Source: a bacterium (GTDB lineage Bacteria; Hinthialibacterota; Hinthialibacteria; Hinthialibacterales; Hinthialibacteraceae). Taken from it: a stretch of DNA of 62,633 nt. Positions 10,201-19,271 of this stretch are shown here, one piece after another. Each line of letters opens with the position of its first letter. The stretch's first letter is position 1. The stretch covers positions 1 through 62,633 of the forward strand of contig CAXXSM010000099.1 in assembly GCA_963663405.2 (NCBI GenBank), read 5' to 3'. The position numbers and the translations under genes are program-made. Under the pieces are notes generated by a model. The model worked only from the letters and a program-made list of their open reading frames with translations, did no database searches and was not told where the DNA came from.

Positions 10201-12586
10201 CGAGGCGGCTATCGATCAATCCCCTGCCGGAATTCTGATCGCGGATGCGCCTGATGTCCGGATTCGGAGCGTCAATCCCGCCGCTCTTGGAATTCGTGGA
10301 GATAGCAATGTTTCTCTTACGGATATTCCCATGGAATTCCATCCGCAGAATTGGCAAATTTTTCACTCCGATGGCACGCCATGTCAACCAGAGGATCTTC
10401 CCTTAACACGAGCGATCCTATACGGGGAGACTACTCACAACGCAGAATTTATCATCCGTCGTTCGGGCAGTGAAGACCGGTATATACTGGCGACGGCTGC
10501 GCCTGTAAGAAACACCAATGGAGATATTGTAGCTGGTGTTGTTGTTTTTCCGGATATCACGGACCGAAAACGTGCCGAAGAAACAATAGAAAAAAACGAA
10601 AAAATCTACCGGGAAGCCATCGAGGCGGCAGGAGCAGTAGTTTATTATCAAAACTATGAGACGAATCAATACGATTTCATGAGTCCCGGTATAGAAAAAT
10701 TATTGGGTTGTACATCTAAAGAAATCACTCCTGATATGTTTTATTCATTAGAAAGAGAGTCGATTCTTACAGGAGAACTGGCAGGATTATCTATAGATGA
10801 AGCCATCCAAAAAGCAAGGGAAAAAGGATTGTCATGGAAAGCCGATTATAGAATGAATAAAAAGACAGGAGAGGAAATATGGTTATCAAATTCCGCCGTA
10901 CAGGTAAGAGATGAAGGAGGAGAAACAATTGGTTCTCTTGGCATTTTGATTGATATTACGGATCGAAAAAGCACGGAAAACGCTCTCCTCCAGAGTGAAG
11001 AACGATATCGTCTCTTTCTGGCCAACAGCACGGAAGGCATTTGGCGTTATGAGGGAGATCAACCTGTTTCAATTGCCCTTCCGGCCGACGAACAAATCGA
11101 ACAAATTTTGCAGTACGGTTATATGGCTGAATGCAATGATGCACTGGCCCGTATGTACGGTTTTGATCACGCAGAGGAGATTATCGGCCTGAGTTTGAGG
11201 GACATGACAAGTGACGATCCGAAAAATTTGGAGAACTTGCGAACTTTCATTCAATCAGGTTATCGGCTAATAGACTCCGAGACCTTCTCCAAAGACAGGG
11301 AGGGAAAAATACACTACTTTTTGAACAGCTTTGTCGGAATAATAGAAAAAGATAATTTAGTACGGGCATGGGGAGTTCAGCGCGACATCACCGAGCGTAA
11401 ATATGCAGAAGAAGAGAAAGCCAAACTGGAAAGACAACTACGACAATCACAAAAAATGGAGGCGATTGGTCAATTGACTGGAGGTATCGCACATGATTTT
11501 AATAATCTATTGCAAGTGATCAATGGATATACTGATATGGTATTGAGCAGCCTTCCTGACGGTGAACAATCTCATTCCTACTTGAAAGAAGTTGCCAAAG
11601 CTGGCGAACGAGCGGCTATTCTTGTAAACCAATTGCTTACTTTCAGCAGACGTCAGTTGATGAAGGCGGAAGTGATCAATCTGAATGACATAATTGCCGA
11701 TTTCGTAAAAATGATCAGTCGGGTAATTGGTGAACACATTCGTCTAGATTATGTTCCCGGTTACCATCTTGGCATGTGTTATGCCGACCGTGGAATGATG
11801 GATCAAGTATTGATGAATCTATGTGTTAATGCCCGGGATGCCATGCCGGACGGAGGAATCCTTACGATTGAAACTAAAAATGTACTAATCGATACAGAAT
11901 ATTGTGAAATTTATCCTTATTCTATACCGGGACAGTATGTTTTACTCAACGTCACAGATACCGGATGTGGAATGAATGAAGAAATCCGGTCAAAAATTTT
12001 TGAACCATTCTATACAACCAAAGAAGCGGGGCATGGAACAGGTTTGGGATTGTCTACGGTATACGGTATCGTCAAACAGCATAACGGCATAATCCAGGTA
12101 TACAGTGAACTAGGAAGTGGTACAACATTTAAGATTTATTTGCCGGTCTACGAACAGCTCGCAACAACAGTGGGAAGAAAAGTGGAAGAAACTAGTACCG
12201 GTGGAACAGAAACGATCCTGTTGGCCGAAGATGATGAAATGGTGCGCAATCTGGCTAAAAAATTTCTTGAATCTGCCGGTTACAAGGTATTGCCTGCAAA
12301 GGATGGTGAAGAGGCCGTCCGATTATTTTATGAACATTCCGATGAAATTGCTTTGTTGATTTTTGATGTAATTATGCCCAATCTGGGGGGGCAAGATGCA
12401 TATGAAAGAATACAAAAAAATAATCAAGCAATCAAAATTCTTTTCGCAAGCGGCTATAGTGAGAATGCAATTCACACGAATTTTGTCATAAAAGAAGGTC
12501 TCCAAATTATTCAGAAACCCTATAACCGGAATCAATTATTGAGTCGTATCCGGGAGATACTTGATAAGGATAAAAAATTCAATTGA
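7238..12586 (+). CDS. Cytoplasmic hybrid sensor histidine kinase (GAF, multiple PAS, PocR, HisKA, HATPase, receiver)
   Basis: QSQKMEAIGQLTGGIAHDFNNLL H-box; NLCVNARDAM N-box; DTGCGM and GTGLGLS G-boxes; ILLAEDD receiver; PocR-like CTNFHR..CRNGLTDAASPI; repeated PAC DITE/DITD motifs. Confidence 0.95.
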   Translation: MNEKRVHKRDNKEELDLLKSQVEELDTRLNKLVEIIEILNTCTHIRELAPRFLTEFARNMTAEGGSLYLRDNNKLVLINSLDPEHAASVIEFPLKKGSVFERVFTEKKPVLIRNIKEENDLSQSGWTGYRNQSVIAFPFCDEIGDVIGVLSLHNKTAPPFTMHDHQIGTILSSMICKSIRESHARNELKKSEERFRHMADSSPFPISIIDKDGSYLFLNEKFIELFGYTLSDIPHGRTWFQLAYPDPEYRRKVIQTWKQDLEKCPNGLLRPQEYQVHCKDGSIKEILFRPVTMDDGKQFITYEDRTDQNRVELVRQESESLIRSLLNTSPDISFLIDCRGILLALNETFAQRFKKTVSELIGMNCYDLIPPDLAKSRKTHIDEVINTGKPASFIDRHQERYFENHIHPIKNPYGEVIQISIFAKDITEIKQTEEALRNSEVLYHSLVEHLPQCIFRKDKQGRFTFVNHCFCENLGKSADEIIGKTDFDFFPQELASKYQEDDQRVIESGELFQTVEEHQVNDGDSKYVEVVKTPIKTAAEQIIGIQGIFWDVTEKKRTDEDLKQHLDEIERLNRLFIGRERKLIALKQRVNELSIKSNLDPPYNLASLEESLQDESQSIAQFRKPDAETLPIHEYTLSDLIEIDSMECLLNSFCESVGIASAIIDLKGNVIIGARWQPICTNFHRINPITCERCIESDTVLAGNVKEGEHFSIYQCRNGLTDAASPIYIAGRHVANVFVGQFLTEPPDYDYFRNQALEYGFDVHQYLKSLEQVPVIDQEKLPSILRFLTTVSELVAQIGLEKIQLKQSESAERNRALELDFLIRELKQQRLAALNLAEEAEEARIKTEQSEKALQESNFLVNALFDYGNIGLAITSPQKGWIRVNRKLCEMFGYSENEFYQRTWVEMTHPEDLETDVLQFNRLLNDEIDNYEMEKRFYNQDGYIVYTYLTVSCFRNEDRSVRFVIASLLNLTKLKESEEELNKTRGLLEAAIDQSPAGILIADAPDVRIRSVNPAALGIRGDSNVSLTDIPMEFHPQNWQIFHSDGTPCQPEDLPLTRAILYGETTHNAEFIIRRSGSEDRYILATAAPVRNTNGDIVAGVVVFPDITDRKRAEETIEKNEKIYREAIEAAGAVVYYQNYETNQYDFMSPGIEKLLGCTSKEITPDMFYSLERESILTGELAGLSIDEAIQKAREKGLSWKADYRMNKKTGEEIWLSNSAVQVRDEGGETIGSLGILIDITDRKSTENALLQSEERYRLFLANSTEGIWRYEGDQPVSIALPADEQIEQILQYGYMAECNDALARMYGFDHAEEIIGLSLRDMTSDDPKNLENLRTFIQSGYRLIDSETFSKDREGKIHYFLNSFVGIIEKDNLVRAWGVQRDITERKYAEEEKAKLERQLRQSQKMEAIGQLTGGIAHDFNNLLQVINGYTDMVLSSLPDGEQSHSYLKEVAKAGERAAILVNQLLTFSRRQLMKAEVINLNDIIADFVKMISRVIGEHIRLDYVPGYHLGMCYADRGMMDQVLMNLCVNARDAMPDGGILTIETKNVLIDTEYCEIYPYSIPGQYVLLNVTDTGCGMNEEIRSKIFEPFYTTKEAGHGTGLGLSTVYGIVKQHNGIIQVYSELGSGTTFKIYLPVYEQLATTVGRKVEETSTGGTETILLAEDDEMVRNLAKKFLESAGYKVLPAKDGEEAVRLFYEHSDEIALLIFDVIMPNLGGQDAYERIQKNNQAIKILFASGYSENAIHTNFVIKEGLQIIQKPYNRNQLLSRIREILDKDKKFN

Positions 12587-12623
12587 CAATTTTAATGAGA
12601 ACACAAGCTATATTGAACGAAAG

Positions 12624-12658
12624 AAGGAGTAAACAAGTGAAGAATTGACTCCTTTTTT
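12624..12658 (+). terminator. Probable intrinsic terminator after the kinase
   Basis: AAGGAGTAAA...TTGACTCCTT stem followed by a T-run. Confidence 0.45.
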
Positions 12659-12823
12659 GTCCATCACTTTTCCATTTACTAATTGAATATCGATAATATG
12701 ACGCCGCGGCAAAAAGTTAGCAGAAAAAAGTATGTAAATATGGCTGAAACTGGCAAGTAATTCTTGAAAGAACTATCATGTAAGTGTATACTTAAATTGT
12801 ATAAATTTAATGCCTAAGGTTGA

Positions 12824-14487
12824 GTGATGTTCCGAATTGATGACAATCAGCAAGGCTCTTTGATCGATCCGTTTGACTACCTCGGGCCCAAGCGGAAAGA
12901 ACTCCTGAACTCAGGTTGGGCCGGTGTTTTCCAGCCCAACATAATTGATAAACTCCCTGTCGACGCGATCCAATCCAATTTCAATTCTCAGATGGGACGG
13001 CCGACCAAAGAAATCCGGACGGTCCTCAGTGTGCTTATCTTGCAACAGCTGTTCGACCTGACCGATCAAGAGACGGTCCGCCAGTTTGCCTTTAACACCA
13101 AATTAAGTTGTAAAACTATGTCTGGGAGGACAAAACGATCAAGAGACGGTCCGCCAGTTTGCCTTTAACACCGAATGGCATTATGCGTTGAACATCCGTC
13201 TGGAAGATGATGATTCAAAATATCTGTGCGAACGTACATTACGAACCTACCGTGTGCTCGCGACGGAGTTAAAAATCGATACGATACTCTTCCGGTCGTT
13301 GACCGATGAACTGCTGACCAAACTGAATATCCCCACGAAAAAACAGCGCTTGGATTCCACACACATTCGATCCGACATGCGGCGCTTAAGCCGACTGGAA
13401 TTGTTCCTCAAAACAATTCAAAAATTCTTGAATGTCATGCGCAACGAGCACAAGACTCTGCTGAACAAGAGAGTGGACAGCGAACTGATCGAGCGGTATC
13501 TGGGGAAGAAAAACGGGTATTTTGGGCAGCTCAAGCCCTCGGAAGCTCAAGCCGCTCTGCAGCAAGCGACCGAGGATTTACTGGTGTTGGTGGAGACCTT
13601 TCGCAAATATCGCAAGATCCGGGGGATGGCAGTTTTCCGCCTATTGCAACGTGTGCTTGACGAACAATGTCATGTCAGCGGCGAAGGGGAAGACGTGAAG
13701 GTGGAAGTGAAAAATCCCAAGGAGGTTTCGTCCGACAGTCTGCAGAATCCTTCGGACGAGGACGCGGGGTATAGCGGTCATAAAGGGCAGGGGTATCAAG
13801 TTCAGTTGATGGAAACATGCCAGGACGAGACGGCCGATGACGAATCAGCGGCGCCAAATTTGATTACTTACATTAACGTGGAACCGGCGAATTGCAGTGA
13901 CAGCGACGCGGTACGGCCTGCCATTGAAGAGACGAAAGAGCGGGGCTGCGCGCCGGAAGAGTTGTTGGCCGATAGTCTGTATGGAAGCGACGAGAACGTG
14001 CAGAAGGCGGCGGAAGAAGGAGTGGACTTGATCGCTCCTACGATGGGGAAACCGAAAAGCAAAGAGACCAAACTCATCTTGGACGATTTTACGGTCGATG
14101 AAGAAACGGGGGAAGTGACGTCGTGTCCCGCCGGGGAGGCGCCGTGTGAAATCCAGCGCGGGAAAGACGATGAATTGAAAATTTACTTTGATCCAGAAGT
14201 CTGCGCCAACTGTGAACATCATGACTATTGCAGCGTGGGAATGAACGCGGAATGTAAGTTGGAATACACGCCGAAGCAATTGCGATTGGCGCAACGGCGT
14301 GTGGCGGAGGAGTCGGATGAGTTTCGGGAAAGGTACCGGTTGCGTTCGGGGATTGAAGCCCTGAACGCGAAACTGAAACGAACACTGGGATTGGGGCGCT
14401 TGCGAGTGAGAGGGCTGGCGAGAGTGGCGCTTCGCGGTTATGCTGAAAGCGCTGGGTTGGAACATCATTCAGGCGGCGCGGGCGTGA
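12824..14487 (+). pseudogene. DDE transposase (DUF772-type N-terminus) disrupted by a 73-bp insertion and a 1-bp indel near 14426
   Basis: GRPT..LILQQLFDLTD, RLDSTHIRS, SLQNPSDEDAGY, LLADSLYGS, YRLRSGIEALN. Removing 73 bp joins 12824 and 13188 in frame (FAFNT|EWHYALNI); the likely true end RFAVMLKALGWNIIQAARA* lies in another frame. Confidence 0.85.
13063..13172. repeat. 37-bp exact direct repeat flanking a 36-bp unrelated insert
   Basis: CGATCAAGAGACGGTCCGCCAGTTTGCCTTTAACACC at 13063-13099 and 13136-13172; insert AAATTAAGTTGTAAAACTATGTCTGGGAGGACAAAA at 13100-13135. Confidence 0.95.
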
Positions 14488-17288
14488 AAAGCCCCGTTTT
14501 CGGCCTTTTTCGACGTGAGAACCATACTGAAGGCTGTCAAAACATACATTCGAAATCCGGTTCTTCAGAATTTATGATAGACACGTTTGCACAGGGCATG
14601 AGAAACTAGTTTTTCGGTCATAATCAAAATCCGGACTTTTTACCGGGGTGTCTTATAAGGAAAAAAAGGATTTTCATAATCAAAACAGTTGTACTTGACA
14701 AGAATCTTGTATACTCCCTTTCTATTTAGGAGTATTTGGCAATCACAAAATGGTCAAATCATGGCTTTTCGAGAGGATCAAAAAACGATTTGTTGTGAAA
14801 ACGTTGTAATTCGAAAATATTAAATTCTAAAGATCAATAATATCAAATATTTAAGACGTTGAGTACGCGGATGCAAAATACGTATACTTAAAAATATAAG
14901 TCATTTAAAATAAGTATGTTATGAACTGCGAAATTGAATAGATTGCTAAAATGATTACTATAGAGATGAGTCTTTATAGATCGATATGAGCCCAATATAA
15001 AATCTTTTGGCTATCAGATCCTGCTTGATGATGATCTTTATAATAAATCATAATAATGCATTGGAGCCTTCTTATATGTCCACTTTACATCTCTCCAATA
15101 AGTCTTTTTAGTTCTAGATTATCGATTATGATTTCAGACTGTAATGATGGACCACCATTCTGTACGACACAGAGAATAGGCATATCTGGATTTTGAGTAT
15201 CAAATAGACCTCCAATTGATAATGTATGTGGTTGTCCACTTGAGAGAGACAAGTACGAGTTGTATATAAACATACCAACATCTGTATAACCGTTTGTCAT
15301 TACAAGCGCGGTTGTACCTTCTGGTCCATTAACTAATTGCGATTCGACAGACGCTTTTATGAATTGGGGAAAACCATCCTGTAATTGGCTTGCGAATACC
15401 CCTATATTAGCTGCGATGTCTGATTCATCAATAGAGAGAAGAATTTGTTTCCCTCCTTCATCATCAGGAATTAGCAGAGCTTCCCCACTATCTCCGTTTA
15501 CATTTGAAATCATCTCAGTCGTATCCAGATCAAAAGAGCCATCGATATCCAAAGTATTCTCTTCATAATTGTCAGTCGATAATGGACGTATCTCCAAGTT
15601 ATCGATGTATACTTGGACTCCTGTAATCGCGGATTCTAGAGCAACAACCTGTATGGCTGGTTGCACAATATCGTTAGGAGGATCGTACAAAAGAATCAGT
15701 TTTTTCCATTCTCCTACAGGGACATCCGGGCCTGTAACGAGTGTATAGCCTAATTGTCCATCGATAGGTGAATTGAGACCGACCAGCCCGATTGAACAAT
15801 TCATGGTATTGGCTTGAATCCATACGGATATCAACACCAAATCCTGGTTAACTTTTACTGGTGAATTCAGTATTGTTAAAATGCCTTCTTGCGGTAAAGC
15901 ATCAACGATATATCCTATCCCATCTGTTCCAATTCCTTGAGGCAATTCACCTACGTATATACTCGCTTGTTCGTATCGAGAAACAGGACTAACGCTGAAA
16001 TCATTAATATCCTCAAATTCTTCACTTAAAAATATTGAAGTTGGAGTAGGAGTCGGTGTTGGTAAAGTTGGTTCTGGTATTGTAGAAGATACATTGAATA
16101 CAGAAACATCCATTATATTATTGTTGAGATCAAATTCATTTTCATCGGTTGAAGGTGTAATCACGATATAAACATCCCTTGAATCCATTCCTTCCAATAA
16201 AATTTGTTGAGGATTAATCATGAACGGTATATCGATCAGCATATCTGGTGCAAGTGTTGGTAATAACACGCTATTCAGCGTCTCACCATCCGAAGAATCA
16301 AGATGAAATGTAATATTAGCATTACTCGACGATACAACACCCTGATTGACCACTGTTGCGATAATCATACTTGCTTCGGATGTAACACGTTCCACACGAG
16401 CGGAACCTACAATAAGATCTGGAAGCATCATTGTATAAAGCGCACTTCCTAATTGTTTCGAGACTAAGTCCAAATTATTACTCTCCACTAAGATTTTAAT
16501 AGTATGAGGAAAATCATCCATGGGAGTTTCCCAGTTAACAATCGCTACATGTGAAGCGTCAGTAATTAACGGATGAGGAATTGCGATTGTCTCAATTATT
16601 TTATTATTGTTTGTATCAATAAATGAAACATGAATATCTTCCTCTATAAAATCTCCTGTATTCTCAAGTGTTGTCGTTATTTGCACATTTGTACCTGGTG
16701 CGGGATTGAGAGGATCAAGTTGTATCGATTCAGGAAGAACTGTGATTTCATGCTTTAATTGACATTCACGGACACGGAGATTTGTTTGACTAACAATCGG
16801 TATATTTGGAATCATCTTCGGTCCTGATTCAAAAACAACTTCTTCTGTGGTGTAACGAATTTCTGAGCCGTGATAAGCAATTAAAGGCAAACCACTTTCT
16901 TGCATGGCAATCGTGGATAGACTTTTACGTTCTTTGTCATTCGTTAATTGTCGAGGAGAAGACCATGCGTCATGCGAACGATCGTATAAACAGCAAAAAA
17001 CATCATTCTCATCCAATGTAGAGGCTGTATATGATAATATTAGTTGTCCCTCCTTTGAACGTGATAGATTGAGATCGGAAACACTAGATTCTCTTGCGTT
17101 CGAAATCAGAATTCTGGGTGAATCTAGCTGATATCCACGTACCTCAACTATATCTCCATCTTTCATCCATGTAATCACAGGTTCCTGTCCATCAAAAATG
17201 ATTGCAGGTATCGTATCTGGCACATCATCGAAGGTCAATTGCACAGATTCTTCCCATATACGATTTCTATAGTGAATAGCAAATAATT

Positions 17289-19271
17289 GCCTCTTCGCTA
17301 TTTCATGTGGGTAGAGGGTAGAACCTCGAGAAGATTACATTCCAATTTTCCTCTGCCAAACAGATGGTTACGATCAACTTGTAGACGTTTCGATATCTGT
17401 TAAGCGACAAGTATTTTGCAGTAGGATTGCCCTCCATCGATCCGTTTGCGGGTCTGGATTTTATCGAAGAAAAAAGAACCATATCTTTATGTGCCGCATG
17501 CTTGTGGAGTCTGTGGTCAGGCGCCTCAATAATCTTTCTCATTCCCCCTAATCTTTCGCAGGTGGCTGTCCAAATCTTGTGGGCAAACCGGCAGGAACTT
17601 TCTCTTCTCACCCAGAGTATCGGCGGTTTGTCCATAAGATGGCAGAATCCACAAGCCCTCACTCGTTCGGATTACTGATCATGAATCGCAGACCGGAGAG
17701 ACTCAGCCGGTTTCATCCGGTGTCTTTTGCTTAGTTTGGCGGCTTGCCTGCAGAAACGGGAACGATTCAAGCCGTATTACTATTTCGTGTGGGGCGAGGG
17801 AAGAACCTTGGGAAGATTGAATTCCAACTTGCTTCCAATCAAATAGATGGTAGTGATTAAATTGTTGACGTTGCGATAGCCTCTCGCACGGGCCTTGGCG
17901 GCTTGGATCAGGCTATTCATCCCCTCCAACAGACCATTGTTGATTCGCGAAGTAAACCAACGCACCACACCAGCCCAGTGCTCCTTGATCGTTTTCGCGG
18001 CCTTGATCATAGGCTCAATCCGGCTGTGAGTCGCCCAATAATACCACTTTTTAAGAAACGATTCCCCCTCCTCCGGATCGTCGAACGAAAACACGTCTTG
18101 GAACACGGATCGCAGATGGTAGGCTTTCACCGTCTTCAATTTGCTCCCTCGTACATCTTGAAAAATTTCGTTCCGTTTCTTCTCTTGCTTGTCCGTGAGA
18201 TTCCATTCATTCTTCAGCCAAATATACTTCGTCCCCTTCAATAATTCGGGATAAATCGCTTGGTCTTGTTTGCGCACTTCGTCCACAGCTTGATTGATAA
18301 TCCTCATCAGGTGGTATTCATCAAATGTCATTTCGGCGGCCGGGAAATTGGCTTCAATCCCGGATTGAAACGCCTGGGACATATCCAAACAAAATTCCTC
18401 CACCTGCTCCGCCTTTCCGTTATGCGTCTCTAAATCCTCTTTGAACGCCCCCACCGTTTGAGCGTCCTTTCCATCGGTGGCAAACATCACGCTGCGCTCG
18501 TCCAAATCCATGAATACGCTGACATAATTGTGCCCTTTGGCCTTTGAGGTCTCATCCACCCCCACCGCCTTCACTCCCGAAAAATCCTCCCTCTCTCGCG
18601 CGTCCATCACATAATGAGTCAGCACTCGCCAAATCAGCGTGTCATATTCTCCGACCACTCGGCTGATCGCATTGGCCGTCATCCCATTCTCCGCCAGTGC
18701 CATGACCAACGCTTCAAATAACAACGTAAATCCCGCCCCCGGACGGGCCCAGGGAAGATTCACTGTCTTGACTTTATGATTGGGACATTTCACACGAGGT
18801 TGCCGGGCGTGTAAATACGTCTCATACTGAAAGAAATTCAGATGCCTCCAAGTGCGTCGTTTCGTATCATGCACTCCACACAGGTTCCCGCATTCGGGAC
18901 AGGGAAACAGACTCCCCTCGGGAAAGTCCAGCGTGAGGTGCAAGGTTTTTTCTTCCTCAGGAAACTCGGCCTGGACGACCTGCCATGGCTCACTCAAACC
19001 TAACGCTAACCGGAATAATTCTTGGTTCTTCATTCTCTTCCTTCTCTCTCTCTCTCTCTCTTGGGATTGGGATCTTTGCCTTTAGCCTGGGCGGAGGATC
19101 GGACCTTGCGGGGACGCGAACTGAGTGCTGACCAAGAAGACTGTCGAAGGACGGTCTAGCACCGCCCTTCTTGTTAGTTTATCTCGTCGGGATTGGTACG
19201 TAAGCGATATATCTTCGGGAGGATGGAGGAAAGCCTTCCCCAAATCTACCCACTCGATTCAGCGAAGAGCC
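17289..19271 (-). mobile_element. ISL3-family insertion sequence with 8-bp target duplication AAATAATT
   Basis: Ends GCCTCTTCGCTATTTCATGTGGGTAGA and (reverse complement) GGCTCTTCGCTGAATCGAGTGGGTAGA; AAATAATT at 17281-17288 and 19272-19279. Confidence 0.95.
17780..19033 (-). CDS. ISL3-family transposase (intact frame)
   Basis: CPECG..HD..RTWRHL zinc finger, VGVDETS, CLDMSQAF, FDEYH, NGLLEGMNSLIQAAKARARGYRN. Confidence 0.95.
   Translation of the reverse strand: MKNQELFRLALGLSEPWQVVQAEFPEEEKTLHLTLDFPEGSLFPCPECGNLCGVHDTKRRTWRHLNFFQYETYLHARQPRVKCPNHKVKTVNLPWARPGAGFTLLFEALVMALAENGMTANAISRVVGEYDTLIWRVLTHYVMDAREREDFSGVKAVGVDETSKAKGHNYVSVFMDLDERSVMFATDGKDAQTVGAFKEDLETHNGKAEQVEEFCLDMSQAFQSGIEANFPAAEMTFDEYHLMRIINQAVDEVRKQDQAIYPELLKGTKYIWLKNEWNLTDKQEKKRNEIFQDVRGSKLKTVKAYHLRSVFQDVFSFDDPEEGESFLKKWYYWATHSRIEPMIKAAKTIKEHWAGVVRWFTSRINNGLLEGMNSLIQAAKARARGYRNVNNLITTIYLIGSKLEFNLPKVLPSPHTK

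Larger units (their letters stand above)
12700..14652 (+). mobile_element. Insertion sequence, IS1182/IS5-like
   Basis: Imperfect terminal inverted repeats GACGCCGCGGCAAAAAGT (from 12700) and ACTTTTTACCGGGGTGTC (ending 14652), 15/18 match; GC-richer than flanks; no clear target duplication. Confidence 0.8.

Noticed and set aside
13063-13172. Canonical CRISPR array
   Set aside because: Only two repeats, the repeat is transposase coding sequence, and there is no leader or cas gene; kept only as a possible off-target integration scar.
17303-17662. ISL3 passenger gene
   Set aside because: Its C-terminus is a frameshifted relic of a transposase end and the rest has no recognisable features.
19040-19062. 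(CT)n microsatellite as a phase-variation switch
   Set aside because: It lies in the purine-rich 5' leader of the ISL3 transposase, outside any coding frame; no evidence of variation.
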